Assembly: GCF_001194135.2 (NCBI RefSeq)
Contig: NC_068991.1
Location: 50,649,294-50,713,293 of the forward strand
Reading direction: 5' to 3'
Source of the DNA: Octopus bimaculoides
Taxonomy: Eukaryota
Length of the DNA stretch: 64,000 nucleotides
A model generated the notes under the pieces. It worked only from the letters and a program-made list of their open reading frames with translations. It did no database searches and was not told the DNA's origin. The position numbers and the translations under genes are program-made. This document shows positions 24,756-37,378 of the stretch, piece after piece (within the stretch, counting starts at the first letter, position 1; each line of letters begins with the position of its first letter).

Positions 24756-24848
24756 CTGATTCATCCTGGTCATCATCATCATCATCTTCAGCATCATCAC
24801 TGCCATCCTCATCATCATGGTCAGCATCATCATCATCTTCATCACTTT
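24756..24848 (-). CDS. ESF1: ESF1 acidic exon with GC donor
   Basis: tcacag|AA; poly-Asp/Glu; TCAG|GCATGC keeps phase 1; 93 nt. Confidence 0.75.
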
Positions 24849-25289
24849 CTGTGAAAAATACATGCAAAAAGTGTTTTAAATTATAAAATACATTTCTTAG
24901 ATTTGAATTAAAAAAGAATAAATGTAAGTCTTTCATAGAAAGAAAAGGAAAATAAAATGTAATTGATATAAATGGCAACACAATTTGTTGATGTTTTATT
25001 GATTGATAATAACGAAGCGAAATAAATGCCAACATGTCACTAGAGATATTTACAGTGAGTTGACGTTAGACTGTTTGGGTAAGTATTCAATTTCAGAACA
25101 CACAATGGAGGATGTAGCATCACCTTCAAAGTGAATAATCATGAAAAGACTATTTTCTATCAACAATGACTCTCTTGTTTTCTAATTACTAACCATTAAT
25201 ATTAGTTTTTAAAAAGCTAGATCTAATGACTACATTTTCTATAAGACATACAACTGATTAGAGGCCTTCCTTTATTATTTTATCATCAC

Positions 25290-25590
25290 AACCATCATCA
25301 TCATCGTTTAACGTCCGTTTTCCATGCTTGCATAGGTTTTGACAGTTTGACTGGGGACTGGCAAGTTAGGAGGCTGCACCAGGCTCCAATCTGATCTGGC
25401 AATGTTTCTACAGCTGGCTGCTCTTCTTAACGCCAACCATTCCGAGAGTGTAGTGGGTGCATTTTACATGTCACCGGCACACGGGAGCCAGTCAGGTGGT
25501 ACTGGCATTGACCATGTTCGGATGGTGCTTTTTACATGCCACCGGCACGGGGAGCCAGTGCAAGCAGCACTGGCAACGACCCACGCATGA
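25290..25590 (-). mobile_element. RTE-type 3' end fragment
   Basis: CATCATCATCGTTTAACGTCCGTTTTCCATGC... Confidence 0.8.
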
Positions 25591-26416
25591 ATGGTACTTA
25601 TTGCATGCCACCAGCACAATGTAGGGAAACTAAACAGATTCAGTAACATTGCAGAGATGAGGTTCCTACCTACTTCATTCCCACTGAGCAACAGAACAAT
25701 TTCTAGGAATACAGCCAGAAAATTTTGTACGTCATTATTTTACATTGCTTTTTCCATGCTGGCATGGGATGGATGAGTTGTCATAGGTTTGGTATTATGA
25801 AGTCACTGTCCTTCTTGATGGATCAGGGACCACATCTAATTCATTCATAACATGTCTTGGCATGGCTTCTATGCCTTGTTACCCTTCCTTTCATCAACAA
25901 CTTTACAGATCACACTGGCTATATTTTCTCCTGGTACAATTCTAGAGAAGTTGCTTTGTCCCAGCTCAACAACAAAATCCTCTGTCTCCATGTATTCCTA
26001 CATTGAGCCCAGATAAGTGGTTTCACTCTCAATAAAACTTAAGAGAATCCCTTCCTCCTTACACTATGTTGATTTGTTTCTTTTTACCCTACTTTTTGGA
26101 GGGAAGAGAAGCAGAATTATAGGAAAGAGAGGGTGATGGTAATCCTCAAATTAATAAAGAAATGGATGTTATATTTATAGGTGATGGGTTTAGAAATGTT
26201 TAATTTGTGTGTGGCATGGAGGGAATGGATTTCCAATTCCCACAATAGATCTTTATTCTTCAAGAAAAACAAAACAATCAATACTCTCATTCTTAGAGAC
26301 AGCAGTACATAACACAATTTCTCTCTCCCCCTCACACACAATGATCTTGAACCAAAAAAGTTTCCCTTCCACTTTTGCTATTACTTAGAGCTGTAATTAA
26401 CATTTATATTAATTAC

Positions 26417-26882
26417 CTTCTTCAATGTCCTTTTTACTTGGTTCTTTTAAATGACAAGATTTCCTTTCCTTTTCACTTTCAACAAGAACTGGTGACTTTT
26501 GTTTATCATTCAAATTACTGTTCTTCATTTTTTCCAAGACTTCAGAATTATCTGGAATACCCTTTTTAGATTTTAACTTGTTGGCAGCAACTTCATTTTT
26601 CTGCTTTGATGTTTTCTGTTTTACCTTAGTAGTATCCGGAAGTGTTTCATCTTCTTCAGATTCATCAGACGAGTCGTCTGACAGATCGTAGTAACGTCGA
26701 AGATTCTCACTGGTACTGCTGCGGAATGGGCGACCACGCTTGTCAAGGCTATATTTATAGTTAAAGCGTTCATCTTTAAACATACTCTGGAAACGTTGAT
26801 CTATTTTAACTTTCCTCTCTTTCACTGGAACAGCTCCAAAGCGAGGATCCTTAGAAATATGAGAGAACCGTTCATCTGCCAT
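26417..26882 (-). CDS. ESF1: ESF1 first coding exon
   Basis: MADERFSHISKDPRF...KVKIDQRFQSMFKDERF...DKRGRP...ENLRRYY is the conserved ESF1 N-terminus. Acceptor ttttcag at 26901-26907; donor GAAG|GTAATT; 466 nt coding. Confidence 0.95.
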
Positions 26883-27044
26883 GTTTTGTTGATGTTGATT
26901 CTGAAAAGAAAGTAAATAGATTTAGTCTTTTTTTTTTTTTTTTAGTAAAAGCTTCAATCTGTGGAGACTGGTAAACATGGAACAAAAAATAGTTCTTTTA
27001 AGAGAAATATTTTGTTCCCTGCTTCTAAAATCTTCAAGTTTAAC

Positions 27045-27376
27045 TCTTAACTCTTTTACTTGTTTCAGTCATTTGACTGCGGCCATGCTGGAGCACCGCC
27101 TCTAGTCGAGCAAATCGACCCCAGGACATTCTTTGTAAGCCTAGTACTTATTCTATCGGTCTCTTTTGCCGAACCGCTAAGTTACGGGGACATAAACACA
27201 GACATATATATACGACGGGCTTCTTTCAGTTTCCATCTACCAAATCCACTCACAAGGCTTTGGTTGGCCCGAGGCTATAGTGGAAGACACTCGCCCAAGG
27301 CACCACGCAGTGGGACTGAACCCGGAACCATGTGGTTTGTAAGCAAGCTACTTACCACACAGCCACTCCTGCGCCT
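27045..27376 (-). mobile_element. Family B SINE
   Basis: Near-complete reverse copy of 17798-18203. Confidence 0.9.
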
Positions 27377-28409
27377 AGTTAGATATATTTTTTGATAAAA
27401 ATAAATTTAAATTAAATTATTAAAGTTAGCACACAGAACAATTATTTGTCAATGCACATTAGAGAGGTATGAGAATTCAATTGTCCATTGTTCAATTTAT
27501 ATTTTTAAGTATTTTTACAGTTTTGTTAGGAGGCTGTATCCAAGACATTTTCAGGCCCAACCAAACTTATTCAAGTTCAAATTTAAACAACCTAAAAGTA
27601 TTTAAAAATAATATTGCTGCAAATTAGTCACAAACAAATCAAAATAACCTCAACTCTTATTAAATATTTTTTTCTTTCTAATTAAATAATTCTACCAAAT
27701 CATATTTTCAATGCTTTTATCAACTGACTAATTAATTATAGTTTAATTTTGACTTGTAACACTTCTTGAACAATCAACATAACTTTAATGAGTTTAGGAC
27801 AATCAACTGTTTGGGAAATACAAAGCAAAGTTAGTCAGCCATTCTGCACATTACAGAAGGTTGGTTAACAATGTGGAGTGTCTAGAAACATGCCCTTAGT
27901 TCAAAATGTTCTTTGATGTTAATGTAAGATTGTAATTTAAGAGGAAATTTTAACCGAAAGAAATCTGCGTTCATTCTACAGCAAAGAATATGTATATTTC
28001 AACCAATGGGGTGCATTTGTGGAATGATTTAGATGTGGAACCAAAATAAAGTACAAACATTATTCAGTTTAAGATATACAAAAAACATTTAAAGTGATAC
28101 AGGGATGAGGAATGGTTGTAATAATTGTTTAAATTTTATTTTATTGACAAAAGCTGGATATTTGGTTGTACATAGAACTGGGTTAGTTATATCTAGGAGT
28201 TTACGGATGAACAACTGAAGAGAGAATGGGGTTTGTACTTCTTGCACCACCTTTTTCTAAACACATATCTGTATAACGAAATTGGAAATTTTGGGGTAGT
28301 ATTTCCTGTTTTGTTATACAATAACTTTGCAAATATTTCCATAATTCTCAATTTTAATATGTATTCTGAACCAACATATAACTGTGACTATATATTGGAT
28401 TGTAATGTG

Positions 28410-28556
28410 ATCCAAGAGGAAACTTATTTTATAGACCCCGAAAGGATGAAAGGCAAAGTAGACCTCGGCGGAATTTTAACTCAAAATGTAAGGACAGAAG
28501 AAATGCCGCTAAATATTCTAGCCGGCGTGCTAACGATTCTGTCAGCTCGCCACCTT
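28410..28556 (-). mobile_element. Family A SINE
   Basis: CCCCGAAAGGATGAAAGGCAAAGT.GACCTCGGCGGAATT. Confidence 0.85.
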
Positions 28557-28990
28557 ACAAGACCGTAGGTGTTGAATAAACGGTGGTGCCAATTGAGAAT
28601 ATTGGCAGTAGGTTTCAAAATATTCTTCCAATATTTATAAAATCCGTTTTCTAATTCCTAATTTCTTCACTATCATCTTCCCCATGGCAATTTCACTCGA
28701 ATTCATAAATACATCCATTTAATATTGTAACTAACATTTACACACATAAACAAATGCTCATTAAATATCTAATCAATGGTAAAACAAAAAGTAAAAACTA
28801 TTTAGATAACAAAAATCAACAAAGCTGGAGATCCATACAGGGTAAAACAAGTTCATTAATATAGTTATACTTTCATGACAATTATCACAGCATCAATGTA
28901 ACCTGTCTGCAAGTTCATAATTTCACGAATAAAGTAAATTACAACCATTAATAACAGTGAATTAATCAAGAAATAAAAGACAGTGTGACT

Positions 28991-29100
28991 GACTTACCTC
29001 CAACACGTGTTACTAACACCGAATCATTTAATGATGCTTTTGACTAATTTCTGGTGAAATTTACATAGCCGTATTTTCGGAGGAAGGAGAATCAGCTGTT
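28991..29100 (-). promoter_or_regulatory. Putative ESF1 non-coding first exon and donor
   Basis: Perfect donor GAG|GTAAGTC at 28998/28997, upstream of the acceptor at 26901. The exon's 5' end is unknown. Confidence 0.5.
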
Positions 29101-29374
29101 TATAATTGTTTTTAATTACAGTTGATACAAAAATACAACATTAATTTTTTTGTCGAAAAATCTGTCTTTAAGATGCATTTTGAACTGAAAGAATAATAAT
29201 AAAAAAAAAATTCTTAGATACGTATTTTTTTTAAAGGTCCCGCATTGGAGTTATCACATCTTTTACGCGTTACTATTTAGCGCCAGGTTAACCCTGATCG
29301 AGCATATCTGTGATTCCTCTCTAGTCTATGCTGTCCTTTGAAAGGAACTCAAGAAATATCTTTTCTGTTATAGG

Positions 29375-29562
29375 CACAAGTTCTGAAATTTGTGGGGAAG
29401 GGGACTAGCTAATTACATCGACTGCAGTGCTCAACTGTGGTACTTACTCTATCGACCCCGAAAGGATGAGAACGCAAATTCAACCTTGGTGGAATTTGAA
29501 CAGACGAAACGCCTCTAAACATTTTATCCGGTGTGCTAACGATTATGCCAGTTCGCCACCTT
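29375..29562 (-). mobile_element. Family A SINE (degenerate)
   Basis: TCGACCCCGAAAGGATGA core; GTGCTAACGATT..GCCAG.TC.CC head. Confidence 0.75.
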
Positions 29563-30295
29563 AGAAACGATTAGAAATATACTAACCAATATATCGTTCC
29601 CTAACATTGGTGACTTTTCTCTCATACAAGGATTGATTTGTCTGCTACTTCTAGCAGGTCAATCGACCACGATGAAATTTTAAACTCGTTGCGTAATGGA
29701 AAAGGTAGCTTTGTTCATCCCATCTCTTAACTCTTCTTCACCAACTTCAGTTACGGGCAGAAATAGGGTTGCTGACCTCGTCACTTGCTATTTTGTTTCT
29801 ACTGCTATCTTCTCGTTTGGAGTTGGCTGTCGACACTGACCATCCAACTTTCTCAACAGAATTAGTATCTTCTACCTCCTCGTATGTTAATTCACTGTCA
29901 AACTGCACTCTCGCTCATCACTAAAAAGTCTGTGTTACAGGAGTTGTCATCATCATCGTAGGTATTATTGAGGTTTAAATGAGAATTTACCGATGTGGTG
30001 AATGGGAAGAGGGATGTATGGTGGTGGAGGAAGGTGATGAATATAAAATGTGAGTGGAGAGGATGGTTTTAAGAATGAAAGATGGGTGGTAAGTGAAATG
30101 ATTCCATATGGTAAGAGGGTTTAAGTGTTCCCAGGGGAAAACTGAAGCATGAAGTTCTATTCATTTAATTACAGCAGCAGAATACTGCAGTTAGAGAGAC
30201 GTTGGGTGGTGGGGATGTCTTGAGAAGGAAATTGGATGATGATTGAGGTGCAGTTGTGCACACACACACACACACACGCACACATACACATCACC

Positions 30296-30460
30296 ATCAT
30301 CATCATTTAACATCTGTTTTCCATGTTGGCATGGATTGGATGGTTTGACTAAAAACTGGTAGCCTGGGGAGCTGCATCAGGTTCCAGTTTGATTTGGCAT
30401 GGTTTCTAAAGCTGGATGCCCTTCCTAATGCCAACCACACCAGGAATGTAGTGGGTCACA
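30296..30460 (-). mobile_element. RTE-type 3' end fragment
   Basis: CATCATCAT..TTAAC...GCTGGATGCCCTTCCTAATGCCAACC. Confidence 0.75.
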
Positions 30461-30896
30461 CATAGAGCCCCTTTCTCACTATTCAGTGACACTTCTACTA
30501 TTCCTCATGCTGGGGTGAGAGTAATAGTAGGCAGAGAGAAGGTGAGGGCAGTGGCAAAGATAGACAGAGAGAAAGAGAGGGAGGGAAAGAGAAACAAAGA
30601 AATTTAGGGAGAGTTGATGATGTTTAATTAAAAGTAGTAGTGTTGACAGTGGCAGTAGGAGTAATAATAAAAGAGAGAGAAAGAGGGAGATGATGTACAA
30701 CTTGGTTTAACCATGTCTCGTTGATAAATTCCTGTTGCCAATGTACTGAACACTGTCATTTTCGTTTTATTTTTGCTTTCTTTAATACATACACACACAC
30801 ATAAAATACACTTTAACTGAAATAAAGTTTCCCCCAAATTAAACATATCTAATATAATAAATGTGAATGTCAGTGTGTCACACTTTTTCAACTTTA

Positions 30897-31124
30897 ATAA
30901 AACCTTTCTACTGGAAGCACAAGGCCTCAAATTTTTTTGGGGGAAGGGATTAAGTTGATTACATTAATCCAGTATGTAACTGGTACTAATTTTATCAACC
31001 CCGAAAGGATGAAAGACAAAATCAACCTCTGTGGAATTCGAACTCCAAACCTAATGGCAGACAAAATACCGCTAAGCATTTTACCTGGCGTGCTAACAAT
31101 TCTGCCAGCTCACCGCCTTAATAT
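30897..31124 (-). mobile_element. Family A SINE flanked by a 46-bp direct duplication
   Basis: 30851-30896 is nearly identical to 31125-31170 (2 mismatches). Confidence 0.85.
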
Positions 31125-31510
31125 AATATAATAAATGTGAAGGTCAGTGTGTCACCCTTTTTCAACTTTACTCCAAGAGGCCATAGCCCAACATATCATA
31201 CCATTTTGGAATCAGGCTGCCTCTGTGAGTAAATTAAAAACATTCCGGGCCGAATCCAGACCCACAATCCTGGAATTTTGGATTCCCAATTTTTCATTAC
31301 TGTGATTATTTTCGATGATTTTTTACGTGACTTTTTGTGACAAATATTTTTGCATGGTAACAATTTTTATAATCCGTGAGTAAATTAAAAACATTCTGGG
31401 CCAAATCCAGACCTGCAATCCTGAAATTTTGGATCCCTGTGTTTCCATTACTGCAATTGTCTTTGGCAATTTTTTTTACATGATTTTTTTACGATGAATA
31501 TGATGAATAT

Positions 31511-31585
31511 GATCATTACTGGGATATGACACTGGAGGGGGCAATTGCAACAAATACTCCAAAACAAGTCAGAGATCTGTTTGCA
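31511..31585 (+). mobile_element. Helitron RepHel relic
   Basis: Translates as DHYWDMTLEGAIATNTPKQVRDLFA, resembling the Helitron motif HW..TL.EA.....P..LR.LFA (from memory). Confidence 0.55.
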
Positions 31586-32459
31586 GATCATTCCATTCAG
31601 GGTTAGTAGCTTAAAAGCCACCTGATAGGGCGGTTTATAAGCTAGTATATATGTGTATAAATATATATATATATATACACACACACACATTGTGCTCCCT
31701 GAATCACACTTTCACTGACACAGTCTGATCTGATCTTCTTTATTTCATATGATTTGCCACCAGGGCATTACACAGAAGAAGCAGTTGCAGGCTAGACTAG
31801 TACATTAATGAGATGAATGATAATAAAATTAAATGATAAAATGAGGGAGACGAGTGGTGCCTGCCGACCCCTCGTCTCCCTAAAACAATGTTCTCTCCTG
31901 TAAATTACAGAATATGAGGCTACAAACCTCTTACAATTTAAACGAGACTTTTACACCTCTTACAATAAAAACTTTAGTCCTCAAAATTTTCAATATCTGT
32001 AAATTCTTCTTCCTGTGAATTACAAAATATGAGGTTACAAACCTCTTACAATTTAAGAAATTAGTCCTCCACATTGGAGTCCCCAAGTAAGTTGACTTGC
32101 CGCCTGCAGACAACTCTGCACCGACAAGTCGGGGTCTGCGAAAAGGAATGCAAAATTTTTCTTGTCAAGGGTCACCATGACCCTTGACAAAACTGCATGT
32201 TGTATTACCTCCACAGCCACCTGCGGAGGCCATATTGAACTGCCTGTGCAGTCCGAGTACCTATGTTTTTGGTCACCCAGGCCGTCCAAAAAGTCTTCTA
32301 CAGGCCCTCCCTCATGATAAAGGAGGACAAACTCTCCTCCTCACGGGAAGGGGCCTCAAGCTGCTCCATCAGTGGCACACTTCACACTGACGGAGCCTTT
32401 TCCGCTGGTGGCACACATCCCACCGGTGGTACAGTCTGATCTTCTTGGGAATCTCATAT

Positions 32460-32670
32460 TGCTAGTTATCCCAGGCCTTTTTCATCTCTTCTATGAGATT
32501 TGACGTCCAGAGAGATCAGCCTTCACCATGTCAGCCCATGTCTTCTTTGATCTCCCTCATTTGCAAGCTCCATCCGCATTAAGCAACCAACACTTCTCTT
32601 TATGGCTGTCCTCTTCCATATGCATCACATGTCCATTCCAGTGCTGTCTCCTTTCTTGCATGCTCCATCA
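32460..32670 (-). mobile_element. RTE LINE C-terminal coding relic
   Basis: The minus strand translates as QERRQHWNGHVMHMEED...GRSKKTWADMVKADL. Confidence 0.8.
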
Positions 32671-32749
32671 CTGAAATACACAAATTAGTTGTTGATAGAG
32701 TAGTTGAATAAATATTTTGTGTCACTTATTGATTGACAGGGTAAGAAAG

Positions 32750-33085
32750 GGTGAAGACCTTTGGTCATGACTGATCATGGGATTGCACCTACAAAGTTAT
32801 CTTCTGAGGTATAAGTCCCAGCAAGGTTGTTTATGGAAGACTAGCAGTCACCCATGCATATCAGCCTCCCCTCCTCATGCCACTGATGTTATCCAAGGGA
32901 AAGGCAAAGGCCGATACAGCTTTAGACCAGTGATGTTGCAACTCATTTCTACAGCTGACTGAACTGGAGCAACGGGAAATAAAGTGTCTTAATCAAGAAC
33001 ACAACATACAGCCTGGTCTGGGAATCAAACTCATTACCTCGTAATTTTGAGCCTGACACTCTAACCACTGAGCCATGCACCTTCA
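32750..33085 (-). mobile_element. tRNA-derived SINE with V/CORE-like domain (family D)
   Basis: Reverse head TGGCTCAGTGGTTAGAG, B box, TTCTTGA..AAGACACTTTATTTC; second copy at 38520-38852. Confidence 0.8.
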
Positions 33086-33462
33086 TGACACAATGATAGC
33101 ACAATTCATGTATATAGCATTACATACAAGTAAAAACAAATCACATTTTATTTAATAACAAATAAATTAAAAAGATTTATTCAAATGTACAATAAATTTC
33201 TCCAGTATATTTTTGTGTGAGCATCCTTCAGTGGGTGCAGGGACAGCTGAGTGGTAAGACATTTATTTTGTTTGGCAACTCTTTGGTTTCAGATTCAATT
33301 TCATTGCATGGAATTTTGGGCAAGAGTCTTCTGCCATAGCCTTTGGGTTGACCAGAGTCTTGTCAATGAAATTTGGCTGACAGAAACTGTAGAAATATCA
33401 GAGAATGTTGATTAGTATACTGAAACAGCCAAAAAGAAAGGTGGAACAAGAACAATAATATA

Positions 33463-33792
33463 GTTTTAGGGTTAGGGTTAGGGTTATGAATATTTTTGCC
33501 AAATTTGGTGAAAATCTGTTCAATACACCGCCACAAATTTTTCACCAAATTTGGCAAAAATACTCATAACCCTAAAACCAGTACAAACGCACGAACGATG
33601 TCATAAATAACAGTACCGCTGATAGTTGTTGTTGACAAACAACGGCACTAATTTTATTCAAGGGAAAAAAGGATCCTATTACACCGCTAGAACGTGTTGT
33701 TTACATTCCACAGCAGTAATTGTTTTCACCTCAATAGACGTCAGTGATTGGTTGAAATTACCGAAATACAACAATTTTAACACGAAATAACT
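33463..33792. repeat. Foldback repeat with TTAGGG hexamers plus a motif shared with 55911-56072
   Basis: Arms 33463-33515 and 33537-33578; GACGTCAGTGATTGGTTGAAATTAC at 33737 and 56017. Confidence 0.75.
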
Positions 33793-34330
33793 TTAAAAAG
33801 ATAAAATTNNNNNNNNNNNNNNNNNNNNNNNNNNNNNNNNNNNNNNNNNNNNNNNNNNNNNNNNNNNNNNNNNNNNNNNNNNNNNNNNNNNNNNNNNNNN
33901 NNNNNNNNNNNNNNNNNNNNNNNNNNNNNNNNNNNNNNNNNNNNNNNNNNNNNNNNNNNNNNNNNNNNNNNNNNNNNNNNNNNNNNNNNNNNNNNNNNNN
34001 NNNNNNNNNNNNNNNNNNNNNNNNNNNNNNNNNNNNNNNNNNNNNNNNNNNNNNNNNNNNNNNNNNNNNNNNNNNNNNNNNNCCCCTTATTTTGTGATTA
34101 TGGGGAGATTTTTGAAAAAACAAGGGAAAATTTACGGTGGCGTTCAGTGAACAAATTAAACACACTACAAGGCAGTGGCTAAAACGCGACCCAATCAAGT
34201 TTATGTTTTATATGTTTGTTTCCTTTTACACAATATTAAAACAATGGCTAAAAATTTTCTGAAGCAGCACCGCCACTAATTCTATCTAGGAGCTGCCACT
34301 AGGTTTTGATATATTTTTTTGAGAGATGCT

Positions 34331-34752
34331 TAAGGTGCATACCAACACACCTGTGCCTCCCACCCCGAATTTCTTTCCTCATAACTTTCGGAAAAAAATG
34401 GATATATTTTAATGAAATTTCCAGCAACTACCTTTCAGATGGTGTAGATTACGATTATTCCGAAATTTAAAGAGAAAATGAAAATTGGCGGGTGCACACA
34501 TAGACATACCGACACACATCCAATATTTATCTACAAAATGAAACTTGAAATTTCGGAAAAAAACTAAGTGACATGTATCAGTATGTATGTGTGCGCACCC
34601 GCCAATTTTCTCTTTAAATTTCGAGATAATCGTAATCTACACCATCTGAAAGGTAGTTGGAAATTTCATTCAAAAATATTCATTTTTCTGAGAGTTATGA
34701 GGAAACAAAATCATATGGGGTGCACATTAGTGTAGGTATGCCAAACATCTTA
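34331..34752. mobile_element. Palindromic MITE with about 170-bp TIRs (Kolobok-like, TTAA-flanked on the left)
   Basis: 34411-34508 is the reverse complement of about 34581-34670; the outer arms also pair. Confidence 0.8.
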
Positions 34753-34859
34753 CCTGTTTTTCTACGAAATCGTCTTATCCATCGTTCTTTATTCCTCAAT
34801 AAAGACCCATTTAAGTCATTCCAAATTGTTGCATGTTTACAAAGAAATCACGTGTCAAT

Positions 34860-34944
34860 GTTGTTACCGGAAGTGACTCAAATTGTCATTGCAAAGCATT
34901 CTGGGCTTTTCCCGATTAGGTTCTGAACTGTCGACGTGGTAAGT
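34860..34944 (+). promoter_or_regulatory. Putative GCC1 promoter and non-coding first exon
   Basis: ETS consensus ACCGGAAGTG at 34866-34875; strong donor GTG|GTAAGT at 34938/34939. The first coding exon has an acceptor at 40096, so an upstream exon is required. Confidence 0.5.
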
Positions 34945-37064
34945 TTCTCTATTAAGTCTTTAATTAAAGTCAGTTAATTTAATTCAATTTCAGTTTCAGT
35001 CTTCCTCATTAATCCTTTATTATCCTAGTTTGTCCTTTCATTCATGTGTTGTCAATTTAAAGTTGTCGTCGTCAGATCAAACCTGGTCGTGGTTGGAAAC
35101 CTTAATTTAAGATGTTCTTGTTTTGTTTTAAATCCCAGATGTTATTGTTGACGTCTTTTAATTGTTTAATAAACCAAATCTGTCAACATTTTTTTGGTAT
35201 TCTCTTCTGCTAACCATTAAGCCAAACAGCCCTTGACTACTTCTGATCTGTCTTAAATACCGATAAACATGATCTGATATTTTGCCATGTCACACCATCT
35301 GCCAATCTCTCACGCCTCTCCTTGTTATGTTTAGTGACGACGACCCTTTGCATTACGAGTTCGAATCCATCTGAAAGTAACTCGACCAGTCTTCCTTTTT
35401 GGGGGTCATTGAAATTAAATACCAGTCAAATGTTGGGACGGATTTATATTCTTGGGCGTAAAAGGAATTATGTTTCAACCTAAATACCTTGAGCCTTTGA
35501 GAGAGCTTCTGTGTGATCACTCGACCTGATAAAATAGCTGCTAATTTACTTCATACCACCTTATACTATTTTAAAGTGGGAAGGACATATCGAGGTCTTC
35601 GGTGCTCACTGCTTTTTAAAAATGTGACTAATGGACACAGTTAGAATACCTTTGATCAAAACTAACCTGGAACAATGACTAATTAAATACCTGAGCAGGC
35701 CATTGTTCAAACTTCTAAAATCGGTTGAACAACAGACTGTTGAAGTATTTAGTTACACTGTCGTTGTTGAGGTATTTAATTACACTGTCGTTGTTGTTCC
35801 TGGTCAACTTTGTCCTTATTAAAACAGATAACGCATTTTAATTTTTACTTGTCAAACTGTTCATTGTTCGTTCATTTTCACACCCAAATGTCAATTTCAA
35901 TTTTTAATATGTTTTTTTCTCGCTCGTTTATATTTTAACGTGTCTGAAAACTTGATCTCGTATCGGAATCTTCATTCTCGAAATTTGGTGAATATAGGTA
36001 AAAAAAATAAAGGTGGAGGAAATGGTAAAGGCAAGTTGATACAATGTCTCGAGAAAAGTATTAACATCACTCAGCTTAATTTCTAGTTGTTGGGACCAAG
36101 GAAAAAGAAATATTTTTCTTTAGTTGATATTTTATTAACTTTGAAAATCCAAAGGGATTCAATGGCGTGATATAGACATCTGAATTGCGAAAATAATTTT
36201 AGAAATATAAAAAAAGTGGCCGGATTTCTTTTCTGAGTTGGGTCTAAATGTATGAAACTCCACAACTGTTTGGGTCCTTGAACACTCACACATTCCGTTC
36301 GTTCATTGATATTATGTCCCAGAAAGCTAAAATAATGTAGAACCCATGAGAACTGAACTCAGTTTATAGTGGATGTTATTTATTTCAGTTTTAAGTTGTT
36401 TTTTTTTTTAATACTTATTTCACATTTGTCTACGTAGCACATAAATTGATTGGCAAAGGAAGGGAATATAGATTCATTTACTTTTGCAGATTTTCTGTTT
36501 CTATGTCCCAGTCAACAGGATTATTTATCGATTTTCTTTATATTTAGGTGACAGATGGATTAATATTTAAATACGATCTACGCTGATTTTTTTTTGTGAA
36601 AAATTAGAAAATATTTTTTTCTTTTACTCAGAAATTATTGATATGAAATAATCTTGTGCTTATCCAGTGACTCGGTAAAGGAAATATTTACTTAAGAAGA
36701 GTAGAAAGAATGGCACTTGTTTTCTTCATAATCTTAGGACTTCAGATGACACCAAACACTGACGAAATACTTGTGAAGCAGCATTCTCGTCCCTTTCGAT
36801 AGTTGGTGTCACCAACATACCGTCTGTAATGAAGCCGGGCTCACTGACACTTAACTTACCTGGGTGCTGTTCTGTTACCTTGTAGTAACAGAAATGTCAT
36901 CATACAAATACAGTTTGTGCAACTATCAACTTTTTACAACATTAATAATTTCGTTATGATTTAGTTAATTAGCACTACTATTATCGCTGAATTTTATTTA
37001 TTTTTTTTATTATCATTAACAATGTAATATCCAGTTTGTGATGATGGTATGGATTAGATAATTA

Positions 37065-37378
37065 CTCTTTTACTTGTTTCAGTCATTTGACTGCGCCCAT
37101 GCTGGAGCACCGCCTTTAGTCGAGAAAATCGACCCCAGGACTTATTCTTTGTAAGCCTAGCACTTATTCTATCGGTCTCTTATTGCCGAACCGCTAAGTT
37201 ACGGGGACGTAAACACANNNNNNNNNNCAGTTTCCGTCTACCAAATCCACTTACAAGGCTTTGGTTGGCCCGAGGCTATAGTAGAAGACACTTGCCCAAG
37301 GTGCCACGCAGTGGGACTGAACCCAGAACCATGTGGTTGGTAAGCAAGCTACTTACCACACAGTCACTCCTGCGCCTA
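37065..37378 (-). mobile_element. Family B SINE (10-N gap inside)
   Basis: Near-identical to 27045-27376. Confidence 0.9.

Noticed and set aside
27060-27395. 111-aa ORF, and 28233-28568, 30937-31131 and 37265-37534
   Set aside because: Antisense frames through SINEs.
31225-31440. CRISPR-like repeat array
   Set aside because: Only two approximately 65-bp copies, in eukaryotic context with no cas genes; a simple tandem duplication.
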